DNA of 64,000 bases from an uncultured Candidatus Saccharibacteria bacterium (lineage in GTDB: Bacteria; Patescibacteriota; Andersenbacteria; UBA10190): the NCBI GenBank assembly GCA_964371255.1, contig CAYJKV010000002.1, forward strand, positions 130,553-194,552, given 5' to 3'. The translations under genes and the position numbers were made by a program. How positions within the stretch are numbered: the stretch's first letter is position 1; every line of letters starts with the position of its first letter. The notes under the pieces are model-generated. The model worked only from the letters and a program-made list of their open reading frames with translations, was not told the DNA's origin and did no database searches. Below are positions 1 through 8,750 of the stretch, piece by piece.

Positions 1-771
1 GACTTGCCGCCAGCTGTCTATCAGTAATCCCACCCCCTTATAATATTCTACCGTCCCCACGTACAGGACGTTTCCGGCATATCCGTCGTTGACAGTTTTT
101 GTTATATAGTCATCCGCGATCGGATTAAAAATTATCTGAGTCGGCTTTGTACTGGCACCCCTTTGTTGACGAATGATTGTCGATTGCGCCATTGAAATAA
201 ATACTTCACCGTCTAAGTCATCAAACATACGCTGCCGATATTTAATATTCCCCCGGTATTGCCACCACCGGCCCCAACGTCTTAATCCTTGGGCTTCCGT
301 GATACGATGGGATAATTTTGCGTCCTGTATGCTATCCTTCGGCAATTCACCGTTGCCGGTTATGAAATTAGTGGATCCGCTGCAGGAAGCATAGTCCCTA
401 AGCGTCGCTATAATAGGTCCGCTGCCTCTATTCATTTTTCGCCACTCCATCAAGGCTAACACCGACCGGAAGTCATTCGCGTGCAAGATGTCTGCCCGTT
501 CTAATTCTGCTCGATGTCTATTTAACACTTTAGCGATTTGTCGGCTTTTCCTTCGTTCCCAGAGTGGTTTCTCTCGCAGCCCGGCCCTGACCATAATAAC
601 CTTCAGCCCATCAACCTCACGACTCCCATCTGCACCCTCGGTCATAACCACCACCTCATGCCCCGCCTCTTGCAGACCTTTGGCCAATAAGTACGTGGAT
701 ATTTCAGCCCCCCCCTTTGCCTCCGGCGGGAAATAAGCGGTCACTAACACCACTTTTATTCTATTGGTCAT
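1..771 (-). CDS. Glycosyltransferase, GT-B/GT4-like. N-terminal part only; the 3' end lies beyond the window start.
   Basis: My own translation of the minus strand from ATG (rc of 769-771) gives MTNRIKVVLVTAYFPPEAKGGAEISTYLLAKGLQEAGHEVVVMT..., a typical GT4 N-terminal Rossmann domain. The start forms an ATGA overlap with the stop of the downstream GT4 gene. It is absent from the ORF track because there is no in-window stop. Confidence 0.55.
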   Translation of the reverse strand, partial: MTNRIKVVLVTAYFPPEAKGGAEISTYLLAKGLQEAGHEVVVMTEGADGSREVDGLKVIMVRAGLREKPLWERRKSRQIAKVLNRHRAELERADILHANDFRSVLALMEWRKMNRGSGPIIATLRDYASCSGSTNFITGNGELPKDSIQDAKLSHRITEAQGLRRWGRWWQYRGNIKYRQRMFDDLDGEVFISMAQSTIIRQQRGASTKPTQIIFNPIADDYITKTVNDGYAGNVLYVGTVEYYKGVGLLIDSWRQV

Positions 772-1925
772 AAGACTTTTTTATATACGTTAAGAACAGC
801 CTGCGCCGATTCTTCCCAGCTGAATTTTTTAACTTGTTTAAGTCCCCGAGCTATTACTTCATTTCTTAGCTGCTTATTATTTAGCATGTCTTTAACTCTC
901 TTGGCCATCCCAACAGTATCTCCCGCCTCAACCAAAATGGCTCCATCACCTGCAATCTCGGGTGTGGCCGAAGCGTCCACAGCCACAATGGGCAACCCAG
1001 CCGCCATCGCTTGCACTAATGGCAGCCCAAACCCCTCGTTGATGGAAGGAAACAACAAGACATCGCTCATATTGTAAATTTCATTCAACTCGTCGTTGCT
1101 AATGTCCGCCACAAACTTTACGTTATTTCTTAATCCCAGCTGGTCAATCTGCTTGAGCGCTTTCTCCCGCTCCGGTAAAATTCCCGCCCCGCCCACCTTC
1201 ATCAGCACCGCCTGCTCGCCCTGCTTGATTAGTGTATGTAATACCTCAATTGCTTCATTCAGCTTTTTACGCGGATGGTCAGAACCGACAAATAATAAAA
1301 CATTAGTCTCGTTATCGATACCCCACCTCTTCTTCAAAGCCTGGTAGCCAATAGTCTGATGATACTTAGGTATCGACTGCCATTCTTCCCCCACCCCGTT
1401 ATAAATTACGGTAATTTTTTCCTCCGGTATGTGATAATGGTCTTTTATCTGCTGCGCTGTATACATTGAGACGGCGATAATATGGGAGGCTACATTCAAT
1501 CCGCTAAGTAAGTATTGGTTCAGGTATCTAGCCAGTGGCTGCTGCGGCGAGGTGACCTCAATAATATCATGCACGGTAAGCACGGTTGGTTTAGCCGCTC
1601 GATTGGCCAGAAAACTTAAAGACTGGTTGGTGATATCCCATAGGTCATAATCTCTTCGGTCCGTTTTAGCGGTATATTTTTTCCATCGTCTGGCTAATCT
1701 CACCCAGTTAATCGATTTGCTTTTCCTCCATTTCCCTCTCGTGCTCACCCAGTCGACCGGCCGCCCCTCTTTGCTCAGCAGTCCTCGTGTCCCATCGAAA
1801 TTGAACTCGTATATCTTAATATCTGCCCTGTGCCTCAACTGCTGTTGGATCTTAAGCGCTCTCAGTCCAACTCCCGACCGATCCGTGCTGTTTGTGAGGT
1901 AGGCAATTCTCATATCATCAGCCAT
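768..1925 (-). CDS. Glycosyltransferase family 4 (GT-B)
   Basis: C-terminal EGFGLPLVQAMAAGLPIVAVDASATPEIAGDGAILVE motif (E-x7-E). 385 aa. Confidence 0.8.
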   Translation of the reverse strand: MADDMRIAYLTNSTDRSGVGLRALKIQQQLRHRADIKIYEFNFDGTRGLLSKEGRPVDWVSTRGKWRKSKSINWVRLARRWKKYTAKTDRRDYDLWDITNQSLSFLANRAAKPTVLTVHDIIEVTSPQQPLARYLNQYLLSGLNVASHIIAVSMYTAQQIKDHYHIPEEKITVIYNGVGEEWQSIPKYHQTIGYQALKKRWGIDNETNVLLFVGSDHPRKKLNEAIEVLHTLIKQGEQAVLMKVGGAGILPEREKALKQIDQLGLRNNVKFVADISNDELNEIYNMSDVLLFPSINEGFGLPLVQAMAAGLPIVAVDASATPEIAGDGAILVEAGDTVGMAKRVKDMLNNKQLRNEVIARGLKQVKKFSWEESAQAVLNVYKKVL

Positions 1926-3033
1926 TTACCATCTTATAGATCTCCATTGTTTTATTAGCGACCATCTCCCAACTATTCGTTGTCGCCTGCTTCTTTCCGC
2001 GCTCCTGCATTACCGCCTGCTTTGACTTATCCTGCAATACCATTAGCATCCTCTGACCGAAATTTTCCACAAAAGCTTCGTCGTTTAGTCTTTTGTATAT
2101 ATTATCAGTGCTAAAGTTAACAATCTCCCCTGCTTCACCAACCACTTCCGGCAAAGATCCGCCATTGCTCACCACCACCGGCACCCCGTACGCCATTGCT
2201 TCTTGCGGCGGGAAGCCCCAACCCTCATACACCGAAGGCCAGACAAACAAATCAGCTTGTCCATATAACTGCTTAAGTTCCTCCTCCGAGACAAATCCCC
2301 GCCACTCAACCCGATCCTCCAATCCTAACGATCGACTTAATGCCAGATATTCCTGCCCGCCGTGGTATGGCTTGCCTGCCACCACTAACCGATGCGGTAT
2401 TTGCGCGCTAATTTTCGCAAATGACTTTAGCAAACCGCCGATATTTTTTCTCGGTTCAATCGTTCCGACAAATAATATGTACGGCCGCATGCTTGGCGTC
2501 TTCATCCCGTCGTAATCTAGTAATTTATCTTCAACACTAAGCCTGGTCACGGTAACCTTTGCCGGTTCAACCTTCAATTTCTCGCATATATCCTTCTTAC
2601 TTGCTTCAGAAATTGTCATAATGTGGTCGCTGTTTAGAGCTGCCCTCTTTAACGCCATCGGCCAATACCATCGTCTGGTCCATTTTTGCCCCTGCGGTAG
2701 TAATAAAGGAATCACGTCATAGATTGTCACTACTGTTGGCCGCCGTTTTCTTCTGGGCACATCCGCTTTAGTGTAGTGCACCACGTCAATGTTTAACGAT
2801 TGCAGCTTTTTCTCTAGTTGGTAATTCAACCAATAACCCAGTCCAATATCACCATACCGTTTCACCATCACGGTCTGTCGAAGTGGCCTACCCAACCTGA
2901 TCGGTGCGTCCACCACTGTGTAGCAAGTTAGTTGGTCACTTGTTCCCGGTAAATTAGTCAGCAAGTTCTTAACGTATCTATTTACGCCGCCCCCTTGATT
3001 CGTTAAAGCCCTGGCTTCAATCGCTACCTTCAT
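1918..3033 (-). CDS. Glycosyltransferase family 4 (GT-B)
   Basis: [37 protein letters not shown] motif. 8-nt overlap with the downstream gene. Confidence 0.8.
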   Translation of the reverse strand: MKVAIEARALTNQGGGVNRYVKNLLTNLPGTSDQLTCYTVVDAPIRLGRPLRQTVMVKRYGDIGLGYWLNYQLEKKLQSLNIDVVHYTKADVPRRKRRPTVVTIYDVIPLLLPQGQKWTRRWYWPMALKRAALNSDHIMTISEASKKDICEKLKVEPAKVTVTRLSVEDKLLDYDGMKTPSMRPYILFVGTIEPRKNIGGLLKSFAKISAQIPHRLVVAGKPYHGGQEYLALSRSLGLEDRVEWRGFVSEEELKQLYGQADLFVWPSVYEGWGFPPQEAMAYGVPVVVSNGGSLPEVVGEAGEIVNFSTDNIYKRLNDEAFVENFGQRMLMVLQDKSKQAVMQERGKKQATTNSWEMVANKTMEIYKMVNG

Positions 3034-4229
3034 AGTGCCGGATTTTCATTATGTTTATTTTCCCCGAGGCAACTCCTCAAAACGTCTTCATATCGCTGTC
3101 CCACCTTTGGCCAATAGAAATCCTTAACACTGATTTTGTTTGCCTCACCCATCCTCTTCGCTAGAGTGTCATCGGCCAATATTCGGTTCATCGCCTGTGC
3201 TAACGCCCGGTGGCTTTTTGGTTCCACCAATAAGGCGTTCTGCTCCTGCACTAAGAAATCTGTCTGGCCGCCTTCCCAAGTACCAATAATTGGTAAACCT
3301 GCTTCCATCGCCTCCAAAAATACGATGCCGAACCCCTCGTGTTCGCTGGCCGAGATAAAGCAGTCCGCCTGTGCTAAAATGTTCATCTTCTCTTCTTCCC
3401 CCACATAACCCAAGAAATGCACACGATCAATTATGCGCAAATCATCAGCCTGTTTTTTTAGGCTTTCAAGTAAGGGTCCTTCACCAATAATAGCCAGGTG
3501 AGCCTCTGCGGTTTTCGCTAGCGCTGTTAGTAAACAGCTGTATCCTTTACGGGGTATTAAACGCCCCACCGATACCATTAACTTTACTCCGTCCGGTAAG
3601 CTTAGCTGTTGACGCGATTGCTGATTATTACATGAGCCTTCTTTGATGCCCAAGTTAATCACCACAATTGGTCTGGTTACCTTATGAATATCAACTGCTC
3701 TCCTTTTAGTGTCATTCGAAATAGCTGTACATACCACGGCTCGGTTGGAAATAAATTTTACTAATTTCCTCAGCCACCAGTGCCGATGCGGAGAAACACC
3801 CTTGGTGGGATCAAACAGATCGCCACCAATAAAGCTCAAAACCATTGGCACCTGCCTGCGTCTCGCTATCAACATAGCTGGAATTCCTGAGGGTATAACA
3901 AATTGTGCGTTAATGACATCAATCTCTGCCTCTTTTGCTATTTTTCTACCATGCCACCAGGCACTCGGTATATACGTCGCCATGGACAGCAGCGACGCAA
4001 CTGCCAGACTTTTTCGTCCCCAAACCGGTACGCGATGCACATGCACTCCCCGTACTATATGCGTGTTGCTGTCGGCGTTGGTGGAGCGCTCCAGGAATCG
4101 TCTGCTGGGCCGGCTGGTAATAACATGCACAGTGTGGTGCTTAGCTAACTCTTCTGCGATAAATTTCGTAGCAATTCCGCCGCCTCCTCCCAAAGGTGGA
4201 TACTCAAAATTGAAAATCAATATTTTCAT
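3030..4229 (-). CDS. Glycosyltransferase family 4 (GT-B)
   Basis: EHEGFGIVFLEAMEAGLPIIGTWEGGQTDFLV motif. N-terminal FEYPPLGGGGGIATKF glycine-rich motif. 4-nt overlaps on both sides. Confidence 0.8.
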   Translation of the reverse strand: MKILIFNFEYPPLGGGGGIATKFIAEELAKHHTVHVITSRPSRRFLERSTNADSNTHIVRGVHVHRVPVWGRKSLAVASLLSMATYIPSAWWHGRKIAKEAEIDVINAQFVIPSGIPAMLIARRRQVPMVLSFIGGDLFDPTKGVSPHRHWWLRKLVKFISNRAVVCTAISNDTKRRAVDIHKVTRPIVVINLGIKEGSCNNQQSRQQLSLPDGVKLMVSVGRLIPRKGYSCLLTALAKTAEAHLAIIGEGPLLESLKKQADDLRIIDRVHFLGYVGEEEKMNILAQADCFISASEHEGFGIVFLEAMEAGLPIIGTWEGGQTDFLVQEQNALLVEPKSHRALAQAMNRILADDTLAKRMGEANKISVKDFYWPKVGQRYEDVLRSCLGENKHNENPAL

Positions 4230-6376
4230 AGTTCATTAAATACTTGCATGACTGGCTGTTTTAGGATGACTGACTCCTCGGCGCTATTTCTTATGATTAA
4301 CCTGCTTTTACCCGGTAGCGCTACTGTTTCGATCGTTTGTGTTTGCCGCTCTTCATCCCATTTAATTTCTACCTGCGTCCCCTCAATCGTTAGCTGGTTT
4401 TTCACCGCCCTGTTCAGCTCCCAGCTTATCAGGATACGTTTTGGCCCCTGATTATTATTATAGATCGTTAGAGTCGCCTCCTCCTTGATGCCGGCAATAA
4501 TTTTTCCCGTCTCTGGCTCTCGCCCGACTTCTCCCCAAGCATCATCACGGGCAATAAACACACCGTCCCCAGCTGGTAATTGACTGCTGTCGTACAGCCA
4601 CACATCATCAATCTCTTCGCGCCGCAATTTGCACGTCTTTTCCATAAAATCAATTGTTGCCTCCAGTTGCCTGTCCGATAACGAGTCCGGATGCACAACC
4701 ACCTGTCCAATATCTAAAGCGTCAACTACGTCGCCCATGGTTTCCACCATATCTTGCTCCAAAAATTCAGTCCGGTGCTCCAGTAGATGGTTCGTTCTTA
4801 AATACAATATCTGCCTCAGCGCTGGCATCGACTGAATTTCCCGATACGCCTGCGCCCCTTGTGCCCTTTCTAAAGCAATATTATTAAGCACGGTTTTGCC
4901 ATGAACTAAGCTGCCGAACAAGGCTCGTGACGCTATTGTATAGTTGGTCGCCGCCGGTAGTTCGATAACAGCTGTTCCTGGTTGATCTTTAATAACTGCA
5001 TAAGCTCTGGGGGTTTGCGCTGCCATCATCGGCACCGGCAGGAAAAGGAACTCCAGAATGATCAGCCCGGCGATAGCCCCGGCACTGCCCAGGCGCTTCA
5101 CCTGCGTTGCTAATACCCAACCAAACAGGACCATCCAGGAAAAATTAACCATGACACCCGCTCGGGCTATCGTCCTAATGGCGCGCAATACCGGCCAGCT
5201 ATCGACCATAGCCCAAGGCAACGGCACGCCTGTCACATACCCTAATAAATGTAATTTTGGGCCTAAACTAATAATGAAAAATATTAATGCGCTGCCAAGC
5301 CAGAATTTTAATTGCCGCCTCGGTATTTTTTGCCAGAAGAACGTCACCATTAAAATTGGCACATATCCCATAAATAGTGTTGTCTCTTGTGCGTTGCCAG
5401 TAAAATATCGTCCCCATACTTGACTAGCCGCCGATCCCCAAAGCGAATGGAAAGCGGCTGGTACTACGTAAGCGAACGGATCGGCTGAATAACGGATGAC
5501 CTGCTCCGGACCCAAGTCTAGCTGACTGTCATCTATTCCGGCTAATTGTATAGTTGGCCCCAACGATAGTCCGACGGTTATTAATACCAAGACGAAGGCC
5601 AATCCCAGAGACCATGTTCCTCTCTCCATCGCCACTACTGCCTTTAAGTTTGCTCGGAAATAAACCACAAACCAGGCGCAAAATATTATTAACCATAATA
5701 AGTAATGATGCTCTGTCCAGGCTTGGATTGTTATTAACCCTGCCACTATTAGCCCCTTTCCGATAGTCGGCTTATTCACCAATGACCAGGCCGTCAGAAC
5801 TATGAAAGGCAGCCATTGCAATTGCATGGCGCCAAAATGACCGCTGCCATGAGCCACGTGATAAGGCAGTAGCATATAGGCCATACCGGCCAGAAATCCC
5901 GGTGCTTCTCTGACCAACCTTTTGGCACCCGGCGTAATATCCGCCATATCTACACCAACATTTTCGCCATAAGTATTAATCAACCAGCCCATCAACAGAT
6001 ACATACCGTAACCAGCTAGTACGTAGCTCGCCAAATAAATTACATTGTATCCGGCAACCACCCCAAAGAGAGCCGCCACCGGCAGCCATGGCCACACCGA
6101 CAAATTCACCAATTCCGCTTTACCTAATCCAATAAATTCCGCTCGGATCGCAGTCGCGCTTCTCTCCCTCAAAGCTTGATTTACTAGCGAGGCCTTTTCT
6201 TCTAATCGCCATAAGCTTTGCCACGGATCTCCGCCGGTTCCGACAACATGGCTATTAATATTGCCCACTACGGGCCAGGTTAGTATAAGCGCCAAAACTA
6301 AATATAACCCAATTACTCCGGCATGTTTTAGAATGGTTTTTATCATGCTTTTATCTAGGGTAGCACATTGAATCAA
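4226..6376 (-). CDS. Large polytopic membrane protein (716 aa) with a C-terminal extracytoplasmic domain. Putative lipid-linked-sugar (GT-C type) transferase; family undetermined.
   Basis: About 12 hydrophobic segments in the N-terminal 450 aa, followed by a roughly 250-aa soluble tail. Divergent from a DPM1-like GT2 gene. Confidence 0.5.
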   Translation of the reverse strand: MIQCATLDKSMIKTILKHAGVIGLYLVLALILTWPVVGNINSHVVGTGGDPWQSLWRLEEKASLVNQALRERSATAIRAEFIGLGKAELVNLSVWPWLPVAALFGVVAGYNVIYLASYVLAGYGMYLLMGWLINTYGENVGVDMADITPGAKRLVREAPGFLAGMAYMLLPYHVAHGSGHFGAMQLQWLPFIVLTAWSLVNKPTIGKGLIVAGLITIQAWTEHHYLLWLIIFCAWFVVYFRANLKAVVAMERGTWSLGLAFVLVLITVGLSLGPTIQLAGIDDSQLDLGPEQVIRYSADPFAYVVPAAFHSLWGSAASQVWGRYFTGNAQETTLFMGYVPILMVTFFWQKIPRRQLKFWLGSALIFFIISLGPKLHLLGYVTGVPLPWAMVDSWPVLRAIRTIARAGVMVNFSWMVLFGWVLATQVKRLGSAGAIAGLIILEFLFLPVPMMAAQTPRAYAVIKDQPGTAVIELPAATNYTIASRALFGSLVHGKTVLNNIALERAQGAQAYREIQSMPALRQILYLRTNHLLEHRTEFLEQDMVETMGDVVDALDIGQVVVHPDSLSDRQLEATIDFMEKTCKLRREEIDDVWLYDSSQLPAGDGVFIARDDAWGEVGREPETGKIIAGIKEEATLTIYNNNQGPKRILISWELNRAVKNQLTIEGTQVEIKWDEERQTQTIETVALPGKSRLIIRNSAEESVILKQPVMQVFNEL

Positions 6377-6463
6377 TAATCTACCCTCCCGTCAAATTAA
6401 ATTATGAGCAATATCCACACCCGTGGCAATTGCTCGTCAGTGTGGCTAATGTAGTCTAATTAG

Positions 6464-7165
6464 ATGGCGAAGTTAAATTCAAATTCTATCAACGTAGTTA
6501 TCGTGATACCGGCTTATAATGAAGCGAGTGTCATTGGTTCTGTGATTGACTCAATCCATCGCGCCGGTTATTCCTCCATCATTGTGGTTGATGACGGATC
6601 GACTGATATGACATCACCAAACGCTATTACCGCCGGAGCATTAGTTATTACCCATCGCATCAACCGCGGCAAAGGGGCGGCCACAAAGACTGGCCTGGAG
6701 GCGGCCGGTCTTTTATCGGCGGATATTGTGGTAACGATGGATGGGGACGGACAGCATCATGCACACGATATTGACGCCCTGATTGCTCCTCTTCGCCAAG
6801 GCGTTTGTAATGTCACCCTTGGCACAAGATCCAAAGACACTGCCGCCATGCCCATTACCAGAATTGTCTCTAACCATATCGCCAATTTCGTGACTTGGAC
6901 TTTCTATGGCCTTTATGTGCAGGACAGCCAATCTGGTTTTCGTGCGTATAATCGCCAGGCTCTGCGCCAGATTTCTACTTCCGCGGATACCTATGACTAC
7001 GAAAGCGAAGTGATTCGTGAAATTCACCGTCATCGTCTCATTTACAAGGAAGTGCCAATTGGCGTACATTACACGGACTATTCAATGTCTAAACCAACCC
7101 GCCAGGACTTTGCCAATGGCTTCAAAACACTGTACAAAATTATTTGGAAGGTAATTTCATTCTGA
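6464..7165 (+). CDS. Polyprenol-phosphate glycosyltransferase, GT2 (DPM1/GtrB/CsbB-like)
   Basis: VVIVIPAYNEASVIGSVIDSI...VVDDGSTDMTS and VTMDGDGQHH (DxD). 233 aa is typical of Dpm1-like enzymes. Confidence 0.8.
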   Translation: MAKLNSNSINVVIVIPAYNEASVIGSVIDSIHRAGYSSIIVVDDGSTDMTSPNAITAGALVITHRINRGKGAATKTGLEAAGLLSADIVVTMDGDGQHHAHDIDALIAPLRQGVCNVTLGTRSKDTAAMPITRIVSNHIANFVTWTFYGLYVQDSQSGFRAYNRQALRQISTSADTYDYESEVIREIHRHRLIYKEVPIGVHYTDYSMSKPTRQDFANGFKTLYKIIWKVISF

Positions 7166-7518
7166 TGCGTATCGGCGACCTTCAATTTTATCAAATCGCG
7201 GTCCTACTCATTTCACTGGTGATGATTTACTTTGGCCTGGAGAAATATTTCCAGCGTCAGGCCACCCAAACCTTCTTTAAGCTTTTAGTCCGCATCATCG
7301 TCTGGGGCGGCATGTCCCTCGTCGCTCTCTTTCCCCGGCTCACCGATCAAATCGCCTCATTTATTGGCATCGTTGAAAACGTCAATGCCGTTATCATGCT
7401 GGGGTTTTTACTTGTCTTTCTGCTTATCTTTAAAATTCTTTCTGTCGTTGAACGACTAGAGCAGCAAATTTCTACCCTCATCCGTCAAGACGCCCTCAAT
7501 AACTTTAAAAAGAAATGA
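7165..7518 (+). CDS. Small 3-TM membrane protein. DUF2304-like or GtrA-like partner of the GT2.
   Basis: Three hydrophobic helices plus a charged C-terminal coil. TGATG stop/start overlap with the GT2. The track's start at 7144 is a TTG; the ATG at 7165 is preferred. Confidence 0.5.
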   Translation: MRIGDLQFYQIAVLLISLVMIYFGLEKYFQRQATQTFFKLLVRIIVWGGMSLVALFPRLTDQIASFIGIVENVNAVIMLGFLLVFLLIFKILSVVERLEQQISTLIRQDALNNFKKK

Positions 7519-8750
7519 AATCGTCCGTTCCCATGCCACGGACCAACCAGACCCTTGCCGATTCTGCCCCCCGACTGACAATTCCTGTTACTAACCATTC
7601 CACTTTTCGCTTAGTCTCTTTTTGTCCCTATTATCCTCCCCACGTGGGTGGCTTGGAGAAATTCGCTGACGCTTTGCATCGTTTACTGGCAGACCACGGA
7701 CATCATGTCACAGTATTTACGGCCCACCTCCCCCCGCCATCTCATCCTAGTTTCGATTATGGCCATGTTTCCGTCCTTAAATACCCAGCCTTTGATATCA
7801 TTTTTGGGTATCCCGTGCCAAAATTTTGGGATCCGGACTTCTGGCGGCTCTACCTCCGCTTGTCAGACACCAAATACGACTTCGTCTTATCATCTACCCG
7901 TTTCTTCCTTTCTTCGTTACTAGCGCTATTTTTTGCCAAATTCCATCGCCTGCCCCTGATCCACATCGAACATGGCAGTGAGTATGTGCAATCCGATAGT
8001 ATGTTTGTGACCTGGCTTGCCCGCTTTTATGATGAAACCCTGGGCCGTCTAGTATTGCGGTCGTCTACCTGCAATATTTCTCCGTCTCGGTCAGCACAGG
8101 CCTTTATCGCCCGTTTTGATCACCGCCCTTCCCCACTTATTTATCGTGGCATATCCCGCCGCGATATTGATCGTATTCCCGCTGCTGCGCTTGACTATAT
8201 ACACGCCGGACAATTACCAATTGTTTTTGCGGGACGTTTGATTGACGCCAAAGGAGTAGCTGATTTGTTGCAAGCCTTAGTCTCTTTGCCCCGCTCAAGT
8301 TATTTCATGTCTCTTATTGGTTCTGGTCCTGCGCAGCCCGCATTGGTATCATTAGTTACCAAACTCCAATTATCATCTAATGTTAAATTCCTTGGCCCTC
8401 TTTCCCATCATGACACGATCGCCCACCTTAAGGCTGCCGCCATCTGCGTTAATCCCAGTTACAACGAAGGGTTACCAACCGTTCTCTTGGAAGCCGGACT
8501 CTCCGATTGCGCCATTATCGCTACCGCTGTCGGCGGCACCACTGAAATAATCCGCCATCAGTATTCCGGCTTACTTTTTCAGCCGGCAGACCAGGCGGCT
8601 CTCTCTACCCACTTGTTCATGTTAATCAACAATTCTGTCCTTCGGGCCAAGCTGGCAGCTAACGCCAAACAGTCCATTATCAAGCAATTTGATCTATTGC
8701 GCACCTACCGTCAGTATCTGTCAGTTTTTCATAATTGCCGCCAGCAATGA
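7515..8750 (+). CDS. Glycosyltransferase family 4 (GT-B)
   Basis: NPSYNEGLPTVLLEAGLSDCAIIATAVGGTTEIIRHQYSGLLFQP motif. Confidence 0.75.
   Translation: MKSSVPMPRTNQTLADSAPRLTIPVTNHSTFRLVSFCPYYPPHVGGLEKFADALHRLLADHGHHVTVFTAHLPPPSHPSFDYGHVSVLKYPAFDIIFGYPVPKFWDPDFWRLYLRLSDTKYDFVLSSTRFFLSSLLALFFAKFHRLPLIHIEHGSEYVQSDSMFVTWLARFYDETLGRLVLRSSTCNISPSRSAQAFIARFDHRPSPLIYRGISRRDIDRIPAAALDYIHAGQLPIVFAGRLIDAKGVADLLQALVSLPRSSYFMSLIGSGPAQPALVSLVTKLQLSSNVKFLGPLSHHDTIAHLKAAAICVNPSYNEGLPTVLLEAGLSDCAIIATAVGGTTEIIRHQYSGLLFQPADQAALSTHLFMLINNSVLRAKLAANAKQSIIKQFDLLRTYRQYLSVFHNCRQQ

Noticed and set aside
173-736. Plus-strand ORFs 173-394 and 488-736 from the ORF track
   Set aside because: They lie antisense to, and entirely inside, a minus-strand ORF that translates into a clean GT4 N-terminal domain (MTNRIKVVLVTAYFPPEAKGG...). 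Their own translations are low-complexity, so I treat them as spurious.
2093-4239. Antisense ORFs inside the GT4 genes (2093-2515; 3136-3408; 3709-4239; 3903-4148)
   Set aside because: They are fully nested on the opposite strand of strongly supported GT4 CDSs, with Pro/Ser/Cys-rich nonsense composition typical of antisense frames.
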